A stretch of 64,000 nt of DNA, from NCBI GenBank assembly GCA_014727915.1, contig WJMO01000005.1:352001-416000 (forward strand), written 5' to 3'. The first letter of the stretch is position 1; every line of letters begins with the position of its first letter. The notes under the pieces are model-generated. The model was given only the letters and a program-made list of their open reading frames with translations, ran no database searches and was not told where the DNA came from. The translations under genes and the position numbers were made by a program. The DNA comes from Candidatus Altiarchaeales archaeon (GTDB lineage: Archaea > Altiarchaeota > Altiarchaeia > IMC4 > SCGC-AAA252-I15). Shown piece by piece: positions 38,270-47,770 of the stretch.

Positions 38270-40969
38270 GTGGCCTCGGAGAACTGGCATGCGCTGGACC
38301 TCAAGGGCGTATATGGTGGATTACAGTCTTCAGAGGGGGGTTTGACTTCTGATGAGGCGGGTGCGAGGCTGGCAAGGGACGGCCCCAACAAGCTCGCGGA
38401 GAAGAAGGGGATATCCCCCCTGCAGATACTAGCGGAGCAGTTCAAGGACTTCCTCATACTGCTGCTGATCGGCGCGGCGGTCATCAGCATCGTAGTGGGC
38501 GTGTACGAGCAGAGCGTCCAGGAGATGGTCGAAGCCTCTCTCATACTCGTCATAGTCCTCTTCATAGTCGTGGTCGGATTCTACCAGCAGTACAACGCGG
38601 AGAAGGAGCTGGAGGCGTTGAAGGAGCTTATGACGCCTCAGGCGGTCGTTCTAAGGGACGGGGCGAAGAAGAACGTCGACGCGGGCGACCTAGTAAAGGG
38701 GGACATAGTGTTCCTGGAGTCCGGGAGCAGGATACCCGCGGACCTCAGGGTCGTGGAGGCCATCGAGCTCAGGTGCGACGAGAGCTCCCTCACAGGCGAG
38801 AGCACGCCCGTGGACAAGCGGGAGGCTGAGGTCGAAGCCGACGCGCCTCTGGCTGACAGGGCCTGCATGCTCTACATGGGCACGAACGTCGTCTACGGCC
38901 GCGGCAAGGCGGTGGTCGTGGGCACGGGCATGGACACGGAGCTGGGGAAGATCGCAGGCCACCTCCAGGACATCAAGGACGAGCGGACGCCCCTCCAGGA
39001 CAGGCTGGACAGGCTGGGCAAGCAGATCGGCGTCGGCGTCATATTCCTCTGTGTGGTCGTCTTCGCGGCCGGGCTTCTGGCGGGGGACATGCCGTGGCTG
39101 GAGATGTTCATGGTAGCCATAGCCCTAGCCGTAGCGGCGGTGCCGGAGGGACTGCCGGGGGTGGTGATAGTCGCCCTCGCGTCGGGCACCAGGCGGATGG
39201 TCAAAGAGAACGCAATCATCCGGAAGCTCCCAGCCGTCGAGACCCTCGGGTCGACGACGGTAATATGCAGCGACAAGACCGGCACCCTCACAAAGAACGA
39301 GATGACAGTGAAGCGCATATGGGTTGACGGGAAGAGTGTTGAAGTGGAGGGTGAAGGGTACTCCCTAAAGGGCGGATTCAAGGGCGAAGTCGGCCCGGAC
39401 CTGAAGGAGCTGCTGAAGGCGGGCGCCCTCGTATGCGAGGCTACCGTCGACGAACGGGGCAACATCACCGGCGACCCCACCGAAGCCGCTATCGTGGTGG
39501 CTGCGGCCAAGAACGGGCTCAGACAGGAAGGGCTGAAGGCCGAATACGCTCAGGTGGATGAGGTCCCTTTCAGCAGCGAGCGCAAGCGGAAGTCGACAAT
39601 ACATGAGGGCCCGGAGGGTATGGTCGCGTATGGTCTGGGCGCGCCGGACGTGGTATTGGAGTCGTGCACGAAGCTGCTGAGGGGCGGCATGGAGGTCCCC
39701 CTTGCTGAGAAGGAAAGGGAGGGGATACTGGACGCCAACCAGGACTACGCCTCGAAGGCATACAGGGTGTTGGGCCTAACCAGGAGGAAGCTCACGAGAG
39801 GCTACGACCACGGTAGGGTCGAGGAGGGGATGACCTTCCTCGGGTTGGTGGCGATGATAGACCCGCCTAGGGAGGAGTCCCGGGAGTCCGTCGAACTCTG
39901 CAGGGAAGCGGGCATCAGGGTGGTCATGATAACCGGCGACCACAAGCTGACGGCCACCGCCATAGCCTCCGATTTGGGGATACACCATGAGGGTGACAAG
40001 GTGCTCACAGGCCCCGAGCTGGAGAAGACCAGCGACGAACAGCTGAGGGAGCTAGTGGGCGAGGTCTCCGTCTATGCCAGGGTCTCGCCGGTGCACAAGC
40101 TCAGGATAGTGGACGCGCTACAGTCCAAGGGTAACGTGGTCGCGATGACCGGCGACGGCGTCAACGACGCTCCTGCGCTGAAGAAGGCGGACATCGGCGT
40201 GGCCATGGGCATAACGGGGACGGACGTCAGCAAGGAGGCGTCGGACATGGTGCTGACCGACGACAACTTCAGCTCCATAGTCAAGGCCGTTGAAGAGGGG
40301 CGGGGCATCTACGACAACATACGGAAGTTCTTCGCCTACCTCATATCCGGTAACATAGGGGAGGTGGCGGTCGTGTTCCTCTCGTCGGTGATACCGGGGG
40401 TGCCGATCGCGCTGACGGCTTCGCAGATACTGATAATCAACCTTGTGACGGACGGGCTGCCCGCCCTCGCGTTGGGGGTGGACCCCTTCGAGCCCGGGGC
40501 CATGAAGAGGAAGCCACGCCCTCGGACGGAGCCACTACACCACGGCCTCTCACCCTTCATACTCTGGTATCCCCTGCTGATGATAATCGTGACCATGGGG
40601 TTGTTCCTATGGGTCTGGGACCCGGTGCGTGAGAACGTGTTCGAGGCGCAGACCACCGCATTCCTCAGCATAGCCTTCTTCGAGATGTACCAGGCCTACG
40701 CTAGCAGGAGCACCCGGTATCCCGCGTTCAGGGTGGGGCTTTTCAAGAACCGGTGGCTCGTGGCGGCGGTCACATTCTCGCTTCTCGTCCTGCTGTTCCT
40801 CTTGTACGTCCCCGTGGCGATACCCTTGACATCATTGAGTCTGCAGGAGCTCACGCATTCCGCGGCCCTGGAACCCGACATGTTCCTCACCGTGGCGGTT
40901 CTGTCGAGCATGGGCTTCATATACCTGGAGCTGCATAAGTGGTGGGACACCCGGGGCATGCGATTATGA
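38270..40969 (+). CDS. P-type ATPase, P2A (Ca2+-transporting-like)
   Basis: LTGES, AVPEGLP, DKTGTLT, MITGD, TGDGVNDAPALK, INLVTD. Confidence 0.95.
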   Translation: MASENWHALDLKGVYGGLQSSEGGLTSDEAGARLARDGPNKLAEKKGISPLQILAEQFKDFLILLLIGAAVISIVVGVYEQSVQEMVEASLILVIVLFIVVVGFYQQYNAEKELEALKELMTPQAVVLRDGAKKNVDAGDLVKGDIVFLESGSRIPADLRVVEAIELRCDESSLTGESTPVDKREAEVEADAPLADRACMLYMGTNVVYGRGKAVVVGTGMDTELGKIAGHLQDIKDERTPLQDRLDRLGKQIGVGVIFLCVVVFAAGLLAGDMPWLEMFMVAIALAVAAVPEGLPGVVIVALASGTRRMVKENAIIRKLPAVETLGSTTVICSDKTGTLTKNEMTVKRIWVDGKSVEVEGEGYSLKGGFKGEVGPDLKELLKAGALVCEATVDERGNITGDPTEAAIVVAAAKNGLRQEGLKAEYAQVDEVPFSSERKRKSTIHEGPEGMVAYGLGAPDVVLESCTKLLRGGMEVPLAEKEREGILDANQDYASKAYRVLGLTRRKLTRGYDHGRVEEGMTFLGLVAMIDPPREESRESVELCREAGIRVVMITGDHKLTATAIASDLGIHHEGDKVLTGPELEKTSDEQLRELVGEVSVYARVSPVHKLRIVDALQSKGNVVAMTGDGVNDAPALKKADIGVAMGITGTDVSKEASDMVLTDDNFSSIVKAVEEGRGIYDNIRKFFAYLISGNIGEVAVVFLSSVIPGVPIALTASQILIINLVTDGLPALALGVDPFEPGAMKRKPRPRTEPLHHGLSPFILWYPLLMIIVTMGLFLWVWDPVRENVFEAQTTAFLSIAFFEMYQAYASRSTRYPAFRVGLFKNRWLVAAVTFSLLVLLFLLYVPVAIPLTSLSLQELTHSAALEPDMFLTVAVLSSMGFIYLELHKWWDTRGMRL

Positions 40970-42598
40970 CCTGTTCGAGCACGCCGACCTGAGCATGTTA
41001 TCAGTTATCCTATCGCATAGTGATATGTTGGATGTGAGGCTTGCCAGTTCCATGTAGCACTTGGTGCCGTTGGCCATCCTCCCGCAGTATCTGGGGTTCA
41101 TCTCCCTCAAGGCCACCCTCTCCAGGCACCTGTCCGCGACTCTCTTGTCGGTTATCCTCGTGCACAGGAGGTAGTCCTCTGTCTGGAGGTTAACCTCGTC
41201 TACGCACTCTCTTCTCATGGTTTCATCTTCCATCAGGCTGCAGTATTCCGGGTCGTTTTGGTGGATCGCGAACTCGAGATGGCATGAGTCCCTCCATCCG
41301 GTGTCCAGCGTGTCGCATATGCTCTGGTCCTTCGCTTCCTTAGCGTGGGAGAGCACGCACTCGTTCCTGTGCGTTCTGTCCTCTATCCTTTTGCACACCT
41401 CCAGGGGGTCGATGCTCTCATTGTGGTCGACTTCCATCGGTTTCTCTTCGAAGGTCAGCCTGACGAACCTGTAGAAAGTGTTCCTGGTAGTTCCCCCCTC
41501 GCCGACGTGCGGGTTCCAGTACTCCCAGACTATCTCCTTGTCCTCTGTGACTTCGAATGCCCTGCCTTTCGCCGATTCCGTGATGAGCGTGTTGCCGTTC
41601 GGGAGCCGCTGGGCGCCGCCCCGGTCGAGGCTGTAGAATGACTCCACCGGGTCTCCCTTGTATATCCATATGGGCCTCATGGACTTCGGGTTCACCTCCA
41701 GCACCCGGGAGTGGTTGACTTCCACGCCGTTGTCGAAGACCAGGACCTTCCCGGTTCCCAGCAGTGTCGCGTGATGGGGTTTCTGGAGATCCTCGTATCC
41801 CCACTGCCACAGCACCTCCTCCCTGTCGAGGTCCAATACGGCCAGTGTGTTGATCTCCCTGACGCAGACGAGGACGTCCCCTCCCGGGAAAGCGTCGGTC
41901 CCGCCTATGTAGTGGATGGAGTTCGTATGCAGGAAGTCCAGCGCTCTCTCTTGCTCGGGGTAGTAGAACCTGTGGTTCCCCGCGGACTCTGCCATCCTCT
42001 CCGTCAGGTTCCTGTCATTTAGCAGAATCCCGGATATCGAGTGGTTCCCTATCATCTCTCCCTCCGGGGTGTAGACCTCGATCTGGTTGTCGACTACCGG
42101 TATGTCCTCGGATATCTCTGGGATATCCGCCCTCCTGTTGGTGAGCACGTAGAGGTTCCCGTCCCCGTCGAGGGAGAGGTCGTGGTGGGTCCTCCCCTCC
42201 ATCGTCCATTCTCTCGAGGAGTTCCACCCGACCCTCATAACGCCCTTGTCAGCTATCATGACGTATAGCTCCCGTGGGCTCAGTGGCACTATCACCGCGC
42301 ACCCGTCCGTTCCGAGGTCGATGCTGTTCACGGTGTTCCCGTACATGTCCACGTAGTAGATAGTGTCGCTCATGTCGTCGCAGTAGACGTTCAGGTTCGG
42401 GTACGCGTTGGGCTTGTGCTCTACGACATTGGCCTTGCCCTTGTCCTCGTCTTGGATGGGGGTTTCCGTGATGTAGGGAAGGGTCTTGAGGTGGTCGCTG
42501 TCTTGCGGTATGTCGGGTTGTCTATTGACCGTGTCGTAGGTGGCTGCGCCCAGGGCGGCGACCATCAGGATTATCAGGTATATAGTCACCCTCTCCAT
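40964..42598 (-). CDS. Arylsulfotransferase (ASST)-family protein with C-terminal Cys-rich repeats
   Basis: THHD, DFLHTNSI, KPHHA, LVFDNG, AQRLPNGNTLITES, IVWEY; tail of CxxIxD..RxxC repeats. Confidence 0.82.
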   Translation of the reverse strand: MERVTIYLIILMVAALGAATYDTVNRQPDIPQDSDHLKTLPYITETPIQDEDKGKANVVEHKPNAYPNLNVYCDDMSDTIYYVDMYGNTVNSIDLGTDGCAVIVPLSPRELYVMIADKGVMRVGWNSSREWTMEGRTHHDLSLDGDGNLYVLTNRRADIPEISEDIPVVDNQIEVYTPEGEMIGNHSISGILLNDRNLTERMAESAGNHRFYYPEQERALDFLHTNSIHYIGGTDAFPGGDVLVCVREINTLAVLDLDREEVLWQWGYEDLQKPHHATLLGTGKVLVFDNGVEVNHSRVLEVNPKSMRPIWIYKGDPVESFYSLDRGGAQRLPNGNTLITESAKGRAFEVTEDKEIVWEYWNPHVGEGGTTRNTFYRFVRLTFEEKPMEVDHNESIDPLEVCKRIEDRTHRNECVLSHAKEAKDQSICDTLDTGWRDSCHLEFAIHQNDPEYCSLMEDETMRRECVDEVNLQTEDYLLCTRITDKRVADRCLERVALREMNPRYCGRMANGTKCYMELASLTSNISLCDRITDNMLRSACSNRS

Positions 42599-42884
42599 CA
42601 CATATCCCTCAATGATTGGATTCTCTGAATTTAATTCCAAAAAGAATATATTATGCAAATATGAATAAAAATAATTGAAAAGTATTTATATATGAATACA
42701 GATGTTATGCATAAGGAAATGGATGAGGTAAAAAATATGCGGAGGTGAATAAATGGGCTGTAGGACATCGATAGGAAGATGAGTGGAAAAGCCGGGTGAC
42801 CTGACACGGACACAAACGCCACAGGAGAATGGCAAAACCGTCTGGAGCATTCCAGCAACATCGGGCGCCCGGCTGAAAACCAAC

Positions 42885-43718
42885 TTAATGCCAGGGCCTC
42901 TCACGCGCTACATGACCCTCCTCCAACCTGCCTATCTGCCAGCCCCTGACTTCCCTCAACTCGCCGCCAGTGTAACCCGACTGTATGTAATACGTCACCT
43001 TCGAAAACCCGGTGCCACCCTCCTTGTCAGGTATGAACGTGACCCAATCCTTCTCGTCAGCCAGCCTCATGATGGGCGTGTGAACGCCCTTGGACATCAC
43101 CACGAGAGGCTGGCTTCGGTCGTTGACTGAGTGCGTGTCCAGCTGGTCTGCGCCAACGTAGACGAGGCCCCAGTGGGCCCTCGAGACGATGCCCTCCAAC
43201 TCCAGGCCATTCTCCCCCTCCCTGCACCTGAACGTGACAGGCTCAGCATCCAAGTAATCCCTGCTCTTCCCCCACTCGCCCTTCCACTCGGGGATGAACG
43301 TAAGGTCGACGTGTTCGCGCCCATCCCTGGTCTGGACCCTCGTCACCTCAACCAGCGAACGGTTCAACGGCTCGTCATCGCGCCTGTGAATGGGGGAGCC
43401 ATACCTGCCCAGGAACCGGTTGAGGTACTGCCTCTGCAATCCACCGTCCAACTCCGATATATCCGACGTAGCGACCGTGTCATGGTCGACCTTGAACCTC
43501 GACTCCCTCCGGTTCGCAAGATAGTATACTGTCCCTGCAGTCCCCCCGAGGCCAGTGAAGCCGGCAGCCACTGTCAAACCTATCCCCTTCAACATGGTGC
43601 GCCTGGTGAACCTCCTCCTGTCCACGTTCAGGGACTCCACAGGCTCTTGAATCCCTCCGCCTGGGGGTTGGGCCTCCGACTCCCCCTCCTGCCTCCTCTC
43701 AACCTGCCTGTTGCCCAT
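42885..43718 (-). CDS. Hypothetical protein with twin-arginine-like signal or anchor
   Basis: RRRFTRRTMLKGIG followed by a hydrophobic Gly-rich segment. Confidence 0.6.
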   Translation of the reverse strand: MGNRQVERRQEGESEAQPPGGGIQEPVESLNVDRRRFTRRTMLKGIGLTVAAGFTGLGGTAGTVYYLANRRESRFKVDHDTVATSDISELDGGLQRQYLNRFLGRYGSPIHRRDDEPLNRSLVEVTRVQTRDGREHVDLTFIPEWKGEWGKSRDYLDAEPVTFRCREGENGLELEGIVSRAHWGLVYVGADQLDTHSVNDRSQPLVVMSKGVHTPIMRLADEKDWVTFIPDKEGGTGFSKVTYYIQSGYTGGELREVRGWQIGRLEEGHVARERPWH

Positions 43719-43801
43719 AGTAACCTGTTATGAACTGGGCATCCAAGGTTAATATCGGCGTTTTATCCCCGGATTTAACCTGAAAATCCTAATCTTCTAC
43801 C

Positions 43802-44977
43802 ATGCGGTTCGGCAACGTTGAGAAGTCGTATGTCGCGCGCTTCCTGAGGAGCCTCTCCTTCTTCGGGGCGGTGACCGTGCCCTACATGCTCGACTGGCTA
43901 CAGGTCGATTACACCAGAATATTCCTGCTGCAGGCGTGGTTCTGCCTGTGGATCGTGATATTCGAAGTGCCGACGGGCGTGTTCGCAGACAAGGTAGGGA
44001 GGAAGGTCAGCCTCATGCTGGGGACCATGCTGTTCATAGTAGACCTGGTGATATTCGGGACCACCAGAGACTACATGATACTGTACGTTGCAGAGTTCTT
44101 CGGCGCACTCGGCATCGCACTCTACTCGGGAGTCGACAAGTCCCTCATCTACGACTCCCTACTCGAAGAGGGCAGGGCAGGTGAGGGGAGGAAGTGCTTC
44201 TCAAACTATGAGGCTGCAGGAACCCTCGCAGTCGTGATATCCTTCCCTTTGGGGTCGTACCTGGCTGGGTCGGGGCTGATAGCCTATCCCATGTCCCTTG
44301 CGTTCATGTTCCTCCTCTCCGCGTTGACGATAGCGCTATCTATGGGCTTGATACTCTCCATGAAAGAGCCAGAGCGGAGGAAGCCTGTCGAGAGCGGGCT
44401 GAAGATGAGCATAATCGGGTTGACAGCCATCATGAAGGACAGCAGGCTCAGGAGGTTCGCGTTGAACTCGGTGCTCATATCCTCCCTCACCTTCTTCATG
44501 TTCTGGTTCTACCAGCCCCTCACGGAGATGGCAGGATACGATGTGAGATGGTTCGGGATAGTGGGCGCCTCCTATAACCTGGTGGCAGCCGGGCTGCTGC
44601 TGAACGTCCACAGGATAGAGAAGCTATTCGGTATGAAGAGGCTGCTCGAGTGCACGGCAGTGCTGCCAGGCCTGTTCTTCCTCGGCCTCGCGTTCACTGG
44701 GAACGGCGCGTTCATCATAGCCTCCATATTCGTGATAGCAGTCTCCAAGATACTCAGGGCGCCGATACTGGCAGACTACATGAACCAGCACATCGAAAGC
44801 GACCTCCGGGCGACGGTGCTGTCGTCGGTGTCGCTGATGGAGCGGCTGATAATATTCATACTCTACCCGATAGTCGGAATGCTCGCAGACGCTAATCTTA
44901 GGATAGCATTCGTGATGCTCGGCCTGCTCATACTCATATCAGCCGCCCTCGCCAGGATAGACCACATGTACCTCTAA
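43802..44977 (+). CDS. MFS transporter
   Basis: FEVPTGVFADKVGRK motif A; about 12 TM; RATVLS. Confidence 0.92.
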   Translation: MRFGNVEKSYVARFLRSLSFFGAVTVPYMLDWLQVDYTRIFLLQAWFCLWIVIFEVPTGVFADKVGRKVSLMLGTMLFIVDLVIFGTTRDYMILYVAEFFGALGIALYSGVDKSLIYDSLLEEGRAGEGRKCFSNYEAAGTLAVVISFPLGSYLAGSGLIAYPMSLAFMFLLSALTIALSMGLILSMKEPERRKPVESGLKMSIIGLTAIMKDSRLRRFALNSVLISSLTFFMFWFYQPLTEMAGYDVRWFGIVGASYNLVAAGLLLNVHRIEKLFGMKRLLECTAVLPGLFFLGLAFTGNGAFIIASIFVIAVSKILRAPILADYMNQHIESDLRATVLSSVSLMERLIIFILYPIVGMLADANLRIAFVMLGLLILISAALARIDHMYL

Positions 44978-44982
44978 AGGGG

Positions 44983-46152
44983 CTATTTTATCAGTGTTCT
45001 GGTGCCCTGTCCCCTGATTGTGAAGGGTCTTTCCATCTGCCCCCCTGGGTCCATCATCTCAGGCAGGGCCTGCACCATCACCTTCGCCAGGGGTGCTTCA
45101 GGCTGGTACTGTGTCATCTCCCTAGCTAATGCTGGAGCGTCTCTGGCAATCCCCAACGCCAACTGCTCAAGCCTATTCTGGGGTATTTCAGGTACATGGG
45201 TCGGTTCGCCGATCCCCAGCGTCCCATGTATCAGGCGGGGGAACGCACCAGGTGTATCCCACATATGGGCGAACATCGCATCCACTTGGCTCTGCTGGCT
45301 GCTGACCCTGTTCAATAGACTGGCGGTCTCATCCTGTTGGAAGGTTGGATCGTCAACCCTTAACTCCCGCAGCCTAAGGCAGTCCCTCACATGCGCTCCC
45401 AGGAATTTAGGGATCAGATTGCCGGTGCCGAATATTGCACCATTGAAGTTAAGTCCAGGGTCGGCGAGTAACAGTTTGGCGCGGTGGTCGAATCCCGCCT
45501 GGAAGGTGAGTTCAGGACATGCTTTCGCGTAAATCTGAGCCACAACCTTGTCCTCGTGGGTTAGCTTCCCGCCATCCATCTTCTTACCAGTCATTTCAGC
45601 ATGATTGATGAGGACCTTCAGATGCTCTGGAGCCGGGAATCCAAGGGTGTTTCCAGCAGTCAACTGCGGGAAGATATACGGCATGTATATTGTGCCACTT
45701 CTTTCAGGTATTGCATCCATCACCCTGCAGTGGTACTCTGTCATAATGCGATGCAGATAAGCTGGGTCAACAGGGTCCTGCCCGAACCCTTGCGCGAATT
45801 CGGATATTCTATGAATGGGGTCAGTCACCAAGACGCCGAAAACACCCTTGCTTGCAGCATACTCTGTTATTTCAACTGCATGCTCCAGTTTTTCAGCGCC
45901 AGTCCCGACAACCACCTTCTTACCATGCTTTTCGCCTAACTCGATGCCGAGGTCAACCAGCCTTCTCGCATCATCTCTGGACTTGGCCAATACATTCCTG
46001 CCCCACCCTGTAGTGCCTAAAACAACGGCAACGTCCAGTTCAGGGATCAGATAGTCCCATATCTTCCGAGTTCCCTCGAAGTCAACACTGTCTCTGGTAT
46101 TGCCTGCAGTGACAAGCGGAACCCCAAAGCCGAATTCCGTGACAGCACCCAT
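44983..46152 (-). CDS. Divergent DHDPS/NAL-family aldolase-like protein
   Basis: PLVT, VLGTTG, VVVGTG, MPYIFP (Tyr) and GGKLT (Schiff-base Lys); extended C-terminus; start MGAVTEF. Confidence 0.7.
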   Translation of the reverse strand: MGAVTEFGFGVPLVTAGNTRDSVDFEGTRKIWDYLIPELDVAVVLGTTGWGRNVLAKSRDDARRLVDLGIELGEKHGKKVVVGTGAEKLEHAVEITEYAASKGVFGVLVTDPIHRISEFAQGFGQDPVDPAYLHRIMTEYHCRVMDAIPERSGTIYMPYIFPQLTAGNTLGFPAPEHLKVLINHAEMTGKKMDGGKLTHEDKVVAQIYAKACPELTFQAGFDHRAKLLLADPGLNFNGAIFGTGNLIPKFLGAHVRDCLRLRELRVDDPTFQQDETASLLNRVSSQQSQVDAMFAHMWDTPGAFPRLIHGTLGIGEPTHVPEIPQNRLEQLALGIARDAPALAREMTQYQPEAPLAKVMVQALPEMMDPGGQMERPFTIRGQGTRTLIK

Positions 46153-46254
46153 GTAAAATATCACGCAAACAAAGGATATAAGAAGATGATACTGTGTAAA
46201 AATATTATTCACAAAAGCATCAAATATGCAATAATGCATAAAAATTTACGTTAT

Positions 46255-46271
46255 TATTTATATATGAATAC
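46255..46271 (+). promoter_or_regulatory. TATA promoter of tRNA-Cys
   Basis: TTTATATA about 30 nt upstream of the mature tRNA 5' end. Confidence 0.7.
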
Positions 46272-46293
46272 CCTTTTTTTGTGTATGTTGTCA

Positions 46294-46415
46294 GCTGGGG
46301 TTGCCTAGCCTGGCGAGGCGGTCGGCTGCAGATGTCGAAATGAGAATTTCGACAGAAAAAACCCGTAAGGGTTTTTAGAGACCGACACACGAGAGTTCAA
46401 ATCTCTCCCCCAGCT
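46294..46415 (+). tRNA. tRNA-Cys(GCA) with a 49-nt intron at 37/38 (46332-46380)
   Basis: Acceptor GCTGGGG/CCCCAGC with U73; D arm GCCT/AGGC; anticodon stem GTCGG/CCGAC with loop CT-GCA-G|A; T arm GAGAG-TTCAAAT-CTCTC; CCA not encoded. Confidence 0.95.
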
Positions 46416-46462
46416 TTCGCACACACTATATTTTATAATACTCACCATACATACACACGAAG

Positions 46463-46636
46463 ATGAGCGAGGAATCGAACGCGGTCTTTGAGGCGATGTT
46501 CGCCTTGGAGGACATAAGGGAGCTGCTCCGGGAGACGGCGCCTGAGCACAGGCTCGGCGAAGAGCAGAAGAAGGCGTTGGAGGAATCGCTGAAGAGAATA
46601 ATGTCGTCACTGAAGGCGTTGGAGGATTTGAAGTGA
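46463..46636 (+). CDS. pscN: Small SepCysS accessory protein (SepCysE N-terminal-like, SepCysSn); 57 aa, not in ORF track
   Basis: MSEESNAVFEAMFALEDIRELLRETAPEHRL..; FEAxFALEDIR motif; GTGA overlap with pscS. Confidence 0.72.
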   Translation: MSEESNAVFEAMFALEDIRELLRETAPEHRLGEEQKKALEESLKRIMSSLKALEDLK

Positions 46637-47769
46637 AGGTCGCGGAATTCGAACTGAGGGACCGGGACGAGGACTACATAAATATCAACCCCCTCCAGAC
46701 TGCGGGGAAGACCTACGCCGACACGCGGAAGGCGATAATCTCCTACATCGACGGGTACAGCGTATGCGACTGGTGCAAGGGAGACCTGTGCAGCATCGAG
46801 AAGCCCCCGGTCAAGAAGTTCCTGGAGGACGTGTCAGGATTCCTGGGCATGGACTCCACAATACTGACCAACGGATGCAGGGAAGCCAAGTACTCCGTCC
46901 TCCACACTCTCACGGAACACGGGGACTCGGTTGTCGTGGACGGCAACAAGCACTACACAACATACGTGGCTGCAGAGCGGGCCGGGCTGAAGATATACGA
47001 GGTCAAGAGCTCCGGACACCCAGAATTCAAGATAGAACCCGAGGGATACGCGGAAGCCTTCGAGAAGGTGAAGGCGGAAACTGGAAGGCTTCCCAAGGTG
47101 GCGGTGCTGACTCACGTGGACGGCAGCTACGGTAACATCGTGGACTCTGCCAAGGTGAGCGGAATATGCAGGGATTACGGCGTCCCCTTACTGTTGAACA
47201 CCGCATACTCGTCTGGGAGAATGCCAGTAGACGGTAAAAAACTGGGGGCAGACTTCATAGCATGTTCCTGCCACAAGAGCTGGGCCGCCGGGGGAGGCAA
47301 CATAGGATTGCTCGCGACAACCGATGAGTGGAGCGACAACCTCTTCCGGCAGAGCACCGAATACAAGGTGAAGACGCTGGAGATACTCGGCTGCTCGACG
47401 AGGGGTTCGTCCACGCTCGCGCTAATGGCTAGCTACCCCCACGTGAAGGAGAGGGTAAAGAGGTGGGATACGGAGGTCGAGAACGCACGTTGGCTCGTGG
47501 ATGAGTTGGAGCGGCTGGGACTGAAGCCTTTGGGCGTCCAGCCCACGGAACACGACCTTAACTTCGTAGAATCCGACGTCCTATACGAGATATCCCAAAC
47601 CCACAAGAAGAAGAACTTCTACCTATACCATGAGCTGAAGAGGAGGGGAGTGGTGGGTGTGAAGGCCGGGCTGACGAAGCAGTTCAAGTTCAGCACCTAC
47701 GGGAAGTCGAGGGAGCAGGTGGAGCACCTGGCGTGGGCGTTCAAGGACATAATAGAGAAGTTCGGCTAA
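46633..47769 (+). CDS. pscS: O-phosphoseryl-tRNA:Cys-tRNA synthase (SepCysS)
   Basis: ININPLQTAG, GYSVCDWC, LTHVDGSYGN, SCHKS (PLP Lys), LGCSTRG. Confidence 0.95.
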   Translation: MKVAEFELRDRDEDYININPLQTAGKTYADTRKAIISYIDGYSVCDWCKGDLCSIEKPPVKKFLEDVSGFLGMDSTILTNGCREAKYSVLHTLTEHGDSVVVDGNKHYTTYVAAERAGLKIYEVKSSGHPEFKIEPEGYAEAFEKVKAETGRLPKVAVLTHVDGSYGNIVDSAKVSGICRDYGVPLLLNTAYSSGRMPVDGKKLGADFIACSCHKSWAAGGGNIGLLATTDEWSDNLFRQSTEYKVKTLEILGCSTRGSSTLALMASYPHVKERVKRWDTEVENARWLVDELERLGLKPLGVQPTEHDLNFVESDVLYEISQTHKKKNFYLYHELKRRGVVGVKAGLTKQFKFSTYGKSREQVEHLAWAFKDIIEKFG

Positions 47770-47770
47770 G

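Noticed and set aside
42715-42805. Box C/D sRNA (GGATGA..GTGA..AGATGA..CTGA)
   Set aside because: The C boxes are degenerate and the ~18-nt guide spacing exceeds the usual archaeal ~12 nt; kept only as an unexplained transcript candidate.
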